28,469 bases of DNA, from assembly GCA_001768155.1 (NCBI GenBank), contig MENC01000202.1, positions 1,088 to 29,556 on the forward strand. Direction: 5' to 3'. The DNA is from Bacteroidetes bacterium GWA2_30_7 (GTDB lineage Bacteria > Bacteroidota > Bacteroidia > Bacteroidales > GWF2-33-38). Position 1 is the first letter of the stretch; the number at the start of each line of letters is the position of its first letter. A program made the translations under genes and the position numbers. The notes under the pieces were generated by a model. That model had not been told where the DNA came from. It saw only the letters and a list, made by a program, of their open reading frames with translations, and made no database searches. This document shows, in pieces, positions 1-8,132 of this stretch.

Positions 1-87
1 ATGTCCTGAATTATTCTGATGTACCATTCTTAAAACATCTCTTCTTACTTGTGAGGCTATTTGTTTGAGTTCTTGAGTGTTTTTCAT
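1..87 (-). CDS. tkt: Transketolase, N-terminal (TPP-binding) subunit; 5' end only, runs off the window edge
   Basis: Not in the ORF track. My translation from ATG at 87 gives MKNTQELKQIASQVRRDVLRMVHQNNSGH, the typical transketolase N-terminus (RRDxLRMVHxxNSGH). Confidence 0.85.
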   Translation of the reverse strand, partial: MKNTQELKQIASQVRRDVLRMVHQNNSGH

Positions 88-147
88 TCAACTAATTTTA
101 AAATAATTTATCGTAAAAATAAACTTTTAGATTGTTTAAAATAAATG

Positions 148-789
148 TTATTGGTTATTTATTGTTTTTTTTCTGAAATCTGACGAAACTATACATTTCT
201 CATTCTCCCATTTACCAAGATAATCTTCTGACTTTAAGATGCTTCCTGTGCAATTTATAAAATTTCCGTTTTTATCTTTTTTAATAATCCAAAGTTTTCC
301 GGTTATAATTTCATTTTTGATGTAGGTTTTAAGCGAATCTAAAGTTTCGTTTTTTAGAGAAATGCCAATTTGAATACCGGCATCATTATTCAAAAAATCC
401 ATCTGGCAGCTTTGTGCATCGGGCAATGTGCCATCTTCTGTGCGATGCTTTTTATAATCCAAATAATTTCCTTTTTCGTGTGCATTTCCAAGTTTTTTTG
501 CGGCTTTTATTCTTATTTCTCTAACCAGCATTGCCATCCACAAGGAATGCCTAAAGGCATCTACCTGTCCGCCATTTCCATCGCCATCAAGCAGAGAATC
601 TTTTAATTCTTCGTTTGCTAATTTTCTGGCTTCTAATGAAATTTGATTTGTTTTTTTTGCAATAAATGGATGCCAAACTACCCAGCATTTTTCGGGACGG
701 CTAAGGGCTTTGAATTTTTTGTACAAACTTTCTTGAGCAGTTATTGGGTAAATAATTGAAAATAAGATTATAAATAGTAAAAATTTCAT
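148..789 (-). CDS. Exported DUF6973-like protein (DAFRH motif)
   Basis: Signal peptide, then the motifs GGQVDAFRHSLW, NAHE and MDFLNNDAG. Confidence 0.7.
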   Translation of the reverse strand: MKFLLFIILFSIIYPITAQESLYKKFKALSRPEKCWVVWHPFIAKKTNQISLEARKLANEELKDSLLDGDGNGGQVDAFRHSLWMAMLVREIRIKAAKKLGNAHEKGNYLDYKKHRTEDGTLPDAQSCQMDFLNNDAGIQIGISLKNETLDSLKTYIKNEIITGKLWIIKKDKNGNFINCTGSILKSEDYLGKWENEKCIVSSDFRKKTINNQ

Positions 790-803
790 TAATTGAAATA
801 TTA

Positions 804-2183
804 TTATTTTCTGAATTTGTTGTACTCGGGGAAGCCTTTAGGCTTTTTCTCCGATTCAATTACCGATAAGTGATAAAGATTGTATAAAAGTAAATAATCC
901 AGACCGTTATAAAGACCCGAAAACCAATCTGGAGTACCATCAAATTGTTCTTCTTTTGTGTGCCAGTATTTTGCAGAACTTGCCCATCCTCCAAAATTAG
1001 ATTTTATACTATCGTTCAAACAATAGGGTCCAAATTCGGGTGCAGAATTTAAATCAATAATAACGTCGTTTATAAAATATTCATCTTTGCTGTTTTGTAA
1101 AGTTTTCCAAATAAGCAAATATAAAGGATGCCATTTTTCTTTAATAGTTACATTTAAAATTCCCTTGCCGGTATTGTTTTTTCCTGCTATCGACCATGAA
1201 TTTCCAACTGCTGCTAATGCTGCTACAAGATGTGCATGTGTATTGCTAACTCCATAAAATTGGAATGTATTCCATAACGATTTGTATGCTCTTCGCTTTT
1301 CGTAACCACTATAAAATGAATCAATTGGCTCGTCTGTTATAAACTCTGCTGCTTTTGCAAATCCGTAAGAATATGCCCTGGCATCGCCACCTAGATTATA
1401 ATCAACAAGTTCGCCATGTGGGTTATAAATCATCCAGTGCTTTGAACCAAGACTTTCGTCGTTATTTCGAATATGAGTGATTAAGGTTTTGGTAATTAAT
1501 TTAGCTGTTTTGCACGAATACGAACTGTCTGGCATTAATTTTTTTACAATTGCCAAACCCATCAACAACCCAATTGCCTCGTCCTGACTTATAATTCCTG
1601 CTTTCGGATTCCATGTATCTCTGCTAACATATATTTTACATCTTTTATCATAAGAATAAATTTCATCTACATAAGCCGGATAACCAACTCCGAATTTTGT
1701 ATTATAAACTGTACTTTTTTTGTCTAAACCAAAATTTAACTTTTCTGAATATTTTTCAAGAAAATTATATGGAACGTCTTCACGCATAAAGAAACCATCG
1801 AATTTATTTTCTGACATTCCCCAACGTTCCGATTTTTCGCATTTATCGAGTCGTATATAAGATTTTAACGCATTTTCAAGCTCATTTTCAGTTGAATCGG
1901 CATTAATTCCTTGTTTTTTTAATAAAGCATATTCCGAAGCTAATACTCCAAGATAATATCCAAAATTTATAATATGTTGTCCATAAGCTATTGTTTGCGT
2001 TCCCCAACTATTTCTTTCCGAAGCTACACATCCAACTCCTTCAAATTCGGGTTTATCGTTTACAACAAAATATTGAAGTCGTTCTCTATAAAGCCAGTAT
2101 TTTTTATTATTCAAATCGTAATTCTGAGATTTAATACTCGAAGTTATGATTAAAAGACTTAATGCTAAAATTATTGATTTCAA
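804..2183 (-). CDS. Secreted hypothetical protein, predicted largely helical
   Basis: 459-aa ORF with a TTG start and a Sec signal peptide (MKSIILALSLLIITSSIKSQ). No T9SS C-terminal domain and no catalytic motif that I can name. Confidence 0.8.
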   Translation of the reverse strand: MKSIILALSLLIITSSIKSQNYDLNNKKYWLYRERLQYFVVNDKPEFEGVGCVASERNSWGTQTIAYGQHIINFGYYLGVLASEYALLKKQGINADSTENELENALKSYIRLDKCEKSERWGMSENKFDGFFMREDVPYNFLEKYSEKLNFGLDKKSTVYNTKFGVGYPAYVDEIYSYDKRCKIYVSRDTWNPKAGIISQDEAIGLLMGLAIVKKLMPDSSYSCKTAKLITKTLITHIRNNDESLGSKHWMIYNPHGELVDYNLGGDARAYSYGFAKAAEFITDEPIDSFYSGYEKRRAYKSLWNTFQFYGVSNTHAHLVAALAAVGNSWSIAGKNNTGKGILNVTIKEKWHPLYLLIWKTLQNSKDEYFINDVIIDLNSAPEFGPYCLNDSIKSNFGGWASSAKYWHTKEEQFDGTPDWFSGLYNGLDYLLLYNLYHLSVIESEKKPKGFPEYNKFRK

Positions 2184-2202
2184 ACTAATTATGTTTTGAT
2201 TT

Positions 2203-2273
2203 GCCGCTAAGGTACAAAGACGCTAAGTTTAATATCACTTAATATTCCTTTTGTGTCTTTGAGTCTTTGTGGC
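2203..2273. repeat. Imperfect inverted pair of degenerate 8-mer tandem tracts (CAAAGACA-like / TGTCTTTG-like)
   Basis: Left arm 2203-2227 gccgctaaggtacaaagacgctaag; right arm 2249-2273 ttttgtgtctttgagtctttgtggc. 17/25 positions are complementary and 4 more are G-T wobbles. Confidence 0.7.
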
Positions 2274-2283
2274 ATATTATAAG

Positions 2284-3051
2284 TTATGATGTTCGTTTAA
2301 ATTCTGAAAATAAAATTCCTGCTGCTATTGAAATATTCAGCGAATCAATATTATTTGAATTTGAAAAACTCGGTATTGAAATTCGGTTTGTTATAAGTTT
2401 TTCGATGTTTCGAGAGATTCCTTTCGATTCGTTTCCAAAAACAATAATACCCTCTTGTTCAAGTGTTTCTTTATAAATATTATTGCCATTTAATAATGTT
2501 CCGTAAACTTTGTAATCAAATTTTGAAGAATATTCTTTTATAAAATTTTCAATATTTGTATAATAACTATTTACTCTCATAAACGAACCCATACTTGCCT
2601 GAATAACTTTTGGATTATAAACATCAACCGTTGTTTCAGAACAGACAAGGTTTTTTATTCCGAACCAATCCATTGTGCGTATTATAGTCCCTAAGTTACC
2701 TGGGTCTTGAACATTATCAAGAACTATTGTGAGTTCATTTTTTAATGCCGAAAAATCTAACTTATTTTTAAAAATCTCAGCTATTACAAGAACTTTATTA
2801 GGATTTGATAGTAAACTAATTTTTTGAAGCTCAATTTCTGATATTTCATAAATTTCAAAATTGCTATTTGAATTTAAATTATTTTGCTCTAAAAAATCTT
2901 TTGTTGCAAAAATGCTGTGTATTTTAATGTTTTGGCTTGATAATAATTCTTTCGCAATTTTAACACCTTCGGCAATAAAAAGTCCTGTTTCATTTCTTCC
3001 TTTATTAGAATGAAGCGATTTAATAAAACTTATTTTTGCTTTGCTTATCAT
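2284..3051 (-). CDS. trmH: TrmH/SpoU family RNA 2'-O-methyltransferase
   Basis: SPOUT motifs VLDNVQDPGNLGTIIRT, FGNESKGIS and SLNISIAAGI; N-terminal GLFIAEG. Start moved from 3093 to the ATG at 3051 (MISKAKISFIKSL) to fit the usual family N-terminus. Confidence 0.92.
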   Translation of the reverse strand: MISKAKISFIKSLHSNKGRNETGLFIAEGVKIAKELLSSQNIKIHSIFATKDFLEQNNLNSNSNFEIYEISEIELQKISLLSNPNKVLVIAEIFKNKLDFSALKNELTIVLDNVQDPGNLGTIIRTMDWFGIKNLVCSETTVDVYNPKVIQASMGSFMRVNSYYTNIENFIKEYSSKFDYKVYGTLLNGNNIYKETLEQEGIIVFGNESKGISRNIEKLITNRISIPSFSNSNNIDSLNISIAAGILFSEFKRTS

Positions 3052-3182
3052 AAATTTTTTCATAATTGACTTAAAACCGCTGCAATAAAGCAATTATTTT
3101 TATTTTCATTTAACAAATTATAATTTTACCGCAAGTTATTTATAGTTTTGAGCATTCCTAATGCTAATTTATTTTCACAAAT

Positions 3183-5561
3183 TTGAGAAAAAAATACAAC
3201 AAATTATTGAATGTAAAAAGTGTAGTTATAATTTTTTTTGTAATTATCTCATTTTCATCTTGTCGTCCAACAAGATATGTTCCTGAAGGAAATTATTTGC
3301 TCAATAAATCTAAAATTGAAAGTAGTAATAAGCAAATTAATTCTGATGAACTCGAAAGTTATATAAAACAAAAAACTAACAAACGAATTTTATTGGTATT
3401 TCGCTTTCATTTATGGATTTATAATATTGCAAGTTCCGGAAAAGAACGTAAATGGAAAAGCAAAATTAAAGAAATTATTGGCGAAGAACCTGTTATATAT
3501 GACGATTTTCTTAAAACCAAAAGCACTAAGCAACTTTTACAATATCTGAAAAACAAAGGTTATTATAAAGCTATTGTTACTGATACTACAATTTACAAAA
3601 ACAAAAAGGCAAAAGTTGAATTTCGAATTAATTCGAATGAGGTTTATAAAATTAATAATATTGAATATCAGTTTGAAGACGATAGTGTTAAGCAAATTAT
3701 TCTTGATAATTCAAATAATTCGTTAATTAAAATAGGTTCTCCTCTTGATGTAGATTTGTTACAAAGTGAACGTAATAGAGTTGCTAATGTTATGAATAAT
3801 AATGGATATTATTACTTCTCAAAAGAATTTATTTATTACGAAGTTGACAGTAATTCATTTGAAAATGAAGCACGTATAAAAATTTCTATTAAAAAAAATG
3901 TAAGAAAAATTTCAGACGAAGAGTTTATAAACGAAAATCACAAAATATATAAAATCAGAAATATTTATGTTTATTCAGATTACGACCCAAAAGAGTTGTT
4001 ATCAGACCCAAATTTTTATAAAGAAAATTCTGACACATTGATATTTAATAATATAAATTTTATTTATAAAGATAAATTAACAGTTAAGCCGGGAATAATT
4101 TCGCAATCAACTTATATTAAGCCAAATGACATATTTAGCAAGACGATAACAGATAAAACGTATAAATCAATTTCTTCTTTACGAATTTTCAAATTAATCA
4201 ATATAGTTTATACCGATGTTAGTATCGAAAATGATAACTTACTTGATTGTTTTATTCAGCTTACACCTTTTACTCTACAATCATATACAGTTGAACTTGA
4301 AGGAACAAATTCGTCTGGGAATTTAGGAGTTGCATCAAATTTATTATATCAACATAAAAGCTTATTTAAAGGAGCCGAAATATTCGATATAAAATTCAAA
4401 GGAGCTTTAGAAGCACAAACTACAGAATTGAAAGATAATGATGGTATTATTCAAGAAAACATTCCATTTAATACTATTGAAATTGGTTCGGAATCTGGGC
4501 TGAGTTTTCAACAATTTTTATTACCGATTAGGTCCGAAAAATTTACGCAAAAATATAACCCAAGAACTAAAATATTGGTATCATATAACTTTCAAAACCG
4601 ACCCGATTATACAAGAACAATCCTAAAAAATTCGTTCGGTTACTACTGGAATGGCTCAAAATTTATCAAACATATTGTAAATCCGATAGAAATAAATTCT
4701 GTTAGAATTAAATATAATAGTGAAGAATTTATTGAATCAATTAAAGACCAATATATTAAATCAAGCTATACTAATCACCTTGTTACAGTTACCAGTTATA
4801 GCTTAATATATAACACTCAAAACATTAATAAAACTCGTAATTTTGTTTACATTAATTGGAATGCCGAATCGTCTGGCAACATTCTTACAGCAATAAATAA
4901 TTTTATTGGAACCGATACTATTGATGGTTCATATAATTTACTGGGTGTAAAGTATGCACAATTTGTAAAGTCTGAAATAGATTTACGATATTATAATATA
5001 TTAAATAAAGCAAATAATACCGTTATAAGATTTTTTGCAGGTTTAGGATTTCCGTATGGCAATATAAATGTTTTACCTTTCGAGAAAAAATATTTTAGTG
5101 GAGGAGCAAATAGCCTTCGAGCTTGGCAAGTACGTTCGTTGGGACCAGGCTCGTTTGTTGATTCACTAGGGCTTACTAATCAACTGGGAGATATAAAGTT
5201 AGAAGCTAATTTTGAATATCGTTTTAAACTTATTTGGGTTTTAGAAGGAGCATTCTTTATTGATGCCGGAAACATTTGGGCAATAAATAGTTATGATACC
5301 AGAGACGGTGCAATGTTTAAATTTTCAGAATTTTACAAACAGTCTGCAATTGGAACTGGATTAGGTGCAAGATTCGATTTTTCATTTTTTGTATTCCGAT
5401 TTGACGTTGGACTGAAAGTTCGTGAACCTCAATTTCAAAATAATCAAAGTTGGGTTATCGAAAATTTATTCGACAAAGAATGGAAGGAGAATTACAAATT
5501 AGCAAACGACAGAAAATATAGATTTTTTGCATTTAATTTTGGAATTGGTTATCCATTCTGA
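3183..5561 (+). CDS. tamL: Omp85-family (BamA/TamA-like) outer-membrane lipoprotein, TamL type
   Basis: Lipobox FSSC, POTRA-like segments (GEEPVIYD, LKNKGYYKAIV), beta-barrel motifs FSGGANSLRAW and GDIKLEANFEYRF, and C-terminal FGIGYPF. Confidence 0.88.
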   Translation: MRKKYNKLLNVKSVVIIFFVIISFSSCRPTRYVPEGNYLLNKSKIESSNKQINSDELESYIKQKTNKRILLVFRFHLWIYNIASSGKERKWKSKIKEIIGEEPVIYDDFLKTKSTKQLLQYLKNKGYYKAIVTDTTIYKNKKAKVEFRINSNEVYKINNIEYQFEDDSVKQIILDNSNNSLIKIGSPLDVDLLQSERNRVANVMNNNGYYYFSKEFIYYEVDSNSFENEARIKISIKKNVRKISDEEFINENHKIYKIRNIYVYSDYDPKELLSDPNFYKENSDTLIFNNINFIYKDKLTVKPGIISQSTYIKPNDIFSKTITDKTYKSISSLRIFKLINIVYTDVSIENDNLLDCFIQLTPFTLQSYTVELEGTNSSGNLGVASNLLYQHKSLFKGAEIFDIKFKGALEAQTTELKDNDGIIQENIPFNTIEIGSESGLSFQQFLLPIRSEKFTQKYNPRTKILVSYNFQNRPDYTRTILKNSFGYYWNGSKFIKHIVNPIEINSVRIKYNSEEFIESIKDQYIKSSYTNHLVTVTSYSLIYNTQNINKTRNFVYINWNAESSGNILTAINNFIGTDTIDGSYNLLGVKYAQFVKSEIDLRYYNILNKANNTVIRFFAGLGFPYGNINVLPFEKKYFSGGANSLRAWQVRSLGPGSFVDSLGLTNQLGDIKLEANFEYRFKLIWVLEGAFFIDAGNIWAINSYDTRDGAMFKFSEFYKQSAIGTGLGARFDFSFFVFRFDVGLKVREPQFQNNQSWVIENLFDKEWKENYKLANDRKYRFFAFNFGIGYPF

Positions 5562-5566
5562 TTAAA

Positions 5567-5598
5567 TTTGGAAAATAAAATAATGTTTTATAAATTTG
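5567..5598 (+). promoter_or_regulatory. Bacteroidota primary-sigma promoter (-33 TTTG, -7 TAAATTTG)
   Basis: TTTG at 5567-5570, 20-nt spacer, TAAATTTG at 5591-5598, ATG at 5623. Confidence 0.7.
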
Positions 5599-5622
5599 TT
5601 TTATAACATAAAAATAAACGAT

Positions 5623-6708
5623 ATGAAAAAATTTTTACAAATCATTTGCTTAATCGTTTTAACTGGCACATTTTCAACACTAAAGGCTCAAATAACTGTT
5701 GACGAATTTGATATGCCCGAAATTAACGATTTGTTTTTATATGCAAACGACAACACAACAATTACTGATACGACATTATTAGATTCTCTTGAGTTAATAG
5801 GCAATGCAGGAGAAAATCAAACTTGGGATTTAACATGGATAAAAAATGATGTTATAGATTCAAGCTATTTTTTTGACCCGGCTACTACACCCGATTTTGA
5901 CCAATTTCCAACAGCTAATTTAGCAACTACATCTAGCGACATGGGAATGGTTTATTTATTAAAAAATTCAACTAAAATTGAAGTTCTTGGTGCAATTGTT
6001 CCTACTGAATTTGGCTCAATGACAGCACACTTAAATCAAACAATTTTAACTTTACCAAACAATTATCAAAGTCAGCATCAAGACACTTCTGTTATAGATT
6101 TTACTTTTTACTTTGGTCAACAAATAGAAGGAATGCAAGTTGATTCATTACGATTTAAAAGCACAAATTTTATTTCATCTTTAACCGATGGTTGGGGCAC
6201 TGTTACAACACCACACTATACCGATAATGTTTTAAGAGTTAAAGAAAATACAATTACTGTTGACACTACTTGGGGTTATATAATTATTGTTCCTGATATA
6301 GTAGAATACTGGATAGCATTTGAAACAAAAATTGATTCTTCGATTACATACTCTTGGTTTCCTAAACTTATGGGTTCTGCTTTAGCAGATGTTACCGTTA
6401 AGCATGATACTATAACTGAAGCTAAATTTTTAGCAGATACAAATTTGCTTAATATTAATAAATTAAATTACGATAAATTTATTTCTATTTATCCAAACCC
6501 TGCAAATAATTTTATTACAATATTAACAACAGAAAACAATTGTAAATTAGAAATTTATAACATTACAGGGCAAAAATGTATTGATGCAGTTTTAGATAAC
6601 ATAAACAATATAGATGTACAAAATTTTAAAACAGGAATTTATATTTATAAAGTTTTCGATTCTGATAATACAATTAAAGAAACAGGAAAACTTAATATAA
6701 TTCATTAA
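5623..6708 (+). CDS. T9SS type-A sorting domain protein of unknown function
   Basis: Signal peptide MKKFLQ...LKAQ and a C-terminal domain ISIYPNPANNFITI...LEIYNITGQ...GIYIYKV...KLNIIH. Start moved to ATG 5623 because the annotated 5596 start overlaps the promoter box. Confidence 0.88.
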   Translation: MKKFLQIICLIVLTGTFSTLKAQITVDEFDMPEINDLFLYANDNTTITDTTLLDSLELIGNAGENQTWDLTWIKNDVIDSSYFFDPATTPDFDQFPTANLATTSSDMGMVYLLKNSTKIEVLGAIVPTEFGSMTAHLNQTILTLPNNYQSQHQDTSVIDFTFYFGQQIEGMQVDSLRFKSTNFISSLTDGWGTVTTPHYTDNVLRVKENTITVDTTWGYIIIVPDIVEYWIAFETKIDSSITYSWFPKLMGSALADVTVKHDTITEAKFLADTNLLNINKLNYDKFISIYPNPANNFITILTTENNCKLEIYNITGQKCIDAVLDNINNIDVQNFKTGIYIYKVFDSDNTIKETGKLNIIH

Positions 6709-6715
6709 AAAAATT

Positions 6716-6737
6716 GGTCTCGTCAGAGACCTTTTTT
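6716..6737 (+). terminator. Intrinsic terminator
   Basis: GGTCTC-gtca-GAGACC followed by a T tract, 7 nt after the stop codon; an upstream A tract suggests it may be bidirectional. Confidence 0.75.
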
Positions 6738-6773
6738 ATTTAATCCTCAAATCCGCAAGTTTATCTTTAAGTA

Positions 6774-6829
6774 CCCCGATTTAGCATCGGGGAGGCAGGG
6801 TGCATCAGTCAGGTGTTTTCACCTGACTG
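6774..6829. repeat. Two GC-rich perfect palindromes (REP-like)
   Basis: CCCCGAT-ttagc-ATCGGGG at 6774-6792 and CAGTCAGGTG-tttt-CACCTGACTG at 6806-6829; neither has a U tract. Confidence 0.7.
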
Positions 6830-6866
6830 GAAGACAACAAATTACCATTTAGCCTGCGAATTTAGG

Positions 6867-7829
6867 TTAATCTAATTGATAAAATTTCAAAATTTTCTCA
6901 GCCAAAACCATCGAAACTTTATAAAACGATTCATTACTCCAACCCGCAACATGAGGTGTAATAATTACTTTATCAGAATTTAATAAATAGTCAAAATCTT
7001 CGGACAAATTTTTACAACCAAGATTTTCAAAATTATGATTTTCATATTCAATTACATCTAATCCAGCTCCTAATACTTTGCCCGAATTAATGCAATCTAC
7101 TAATTCTTTAGTATTTACAATTTGACCACGAGAAGTATTTAACAAAAAAATATTTTTCTTGAAACGATTTAAAAATTCCGATGAAATCAAATATTGAGTT
7201 TCATTAGTAAGTGGAATATGTAAACTTAGAATATCAGCCCGATTAAAAATTGTTTCTAAATCAACTTCTTGCACAAATGAATCCGAAAAATCTTTTTTGA
7301 ATTTATCATAAGCAATAACATTAACTTCAAATCCAGATAATTTTTTTGCAAAAGAACCACCCATATTACCGTAGCCGATTATGCCAACTGTTTTACCTTT
7401 TAACTCAATTCCCCAATTATCGTTTCTATTCCATATTCCTTTTTTTATTTCGTTACCCGCTTTACTAATTTTGTTTAATAAATTTAACAACAAACCTAAA
7501 GTATGTTCACCAACCGAATCTCTGTTTCCTTCGGGAGAATTAAAACACGTTATACCCTTTTTTTCAGCATAAACGGTATCAATATTTTCAAGCCCGGAGC
7601 CGGCTCTTCCTATAAATTCAAGTTTTGAAGCTTTATCAATTAATATATTATCAATTCTGATTTTACTTCTTAAAATTATACCATTATAATTTGAAATAAT
7701 TTCTTCAATTTCGGTTTTTTTAATTACTGGTTTATAATCAACCAGAAAGCCCAGTTCTTGAAGTTTAGTAATTAAATCATTGTGTATATGGTCGATAATT
7801 AAAATTGCTGAATTATTAAATTGTTTCAT
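6867..7829 (-). CDS. D-isomer-specific 2-hydroxyacid dehydrogenase (SerA-like, no ACT domain)
   Basis: RAGSGLENID, NAD-binding GIIGYGNMG, LHIPLT, NTSRGQIV, LDVIEYE and catalytic TPHVAG. Confidence 0.9.
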   Translation of the reverse strand: MKQFNNSAILIIDHIHNDLITKLQELGFLVDYKPVIKKTEIEEIISNYNGIILRSKIRIDNILIDKASKLEFIGRAGSGLENIDTVYAEKKGITCFNSPEGNRDSVGEHTLGLLLNLLNKISKAGNEIKKGIWNRNDNWGIELKGKTVGIIGYGNMGGSFAKKLSGFEVNVIAYDKFKKDFSDSFVQEVDLETIFNRADILSLHIPLTNETQYLISSEFLNRFKKNIFLLNTSRGQIVNTKELVDCINSGKVLGAGLDVIEYENHNFENLGCKNLSEDFDYLLNSDKVIITPHVAGWSNESFYKVSMVLAEKILKFYQLD

Positions 7830-7859
7830 TGTTTCATTGTTAAATTGTTACATAGCAAT
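7804..7859. repeat. Degenerate 8-mer tandem tract (ATTGTTWM) overlapping the dehydrogenase start codon
   Basis: attgctga attattaa attgtttc attgtttc attgttaa attgttac atagcaat. Confidence 0.65.
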
Positions 7860-7907
7860 GTATTGAGCTTAGTCGAAGTGTGCGTAACCGAAGTGTTGCT
7901 GGATTAG

Positions 7908-7949
7908 TAAATCCCAAATCCTAAATCCCCAATCGTAAATTCTAAATTA
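7908..7949. repeat. Degenerate 7-mer tandem tract (YAAATCC)
   Basis: taaatcc caaatcc taaatcc ccaatcg taaattc taaatta. Confidence 0.7.
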
Positions 7950-8015
7950 AAACTGCAATTTAAAAACAAAAAAAATTGTTTCAACAAATCTTTATAGATT
8001 TCTGTAATAATTAAA

Positions 8016-8023
8016 TATATTTG
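8016..8023 (+). promoter_or_regulatory. Candidate -7 promoter box TATATTTG for the S41 protease gene
   Basis: Matches TAnnTTTG about 110 nt upstream of ATG 8133; no clean -33 box. Confidence 0.45.
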
Positions 8024-8132
8024 CTTGTTTATAATTTATCAAAATGAACCGAACCATAAGTAGCCACTTATATAATTACATAAAAAAATATGGTGAGTTA
8101 TATGTGGCAAATCAAAATTAAATTATTATCAC

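Noticed and set aside
804-2183. Frameshifted or truncated T9SS gene (pseudogene) continuing into the next ORF
   Set aside because: The downstream ORF has its own signal peptide and no T9SS CTD, so there is no evidence of a split gene.
7804-7949. Tandem tracts as a CRISPR array
   Set aside because: Units are 7-8 bp and contiguous, with no spacers and no cas genes in the window.
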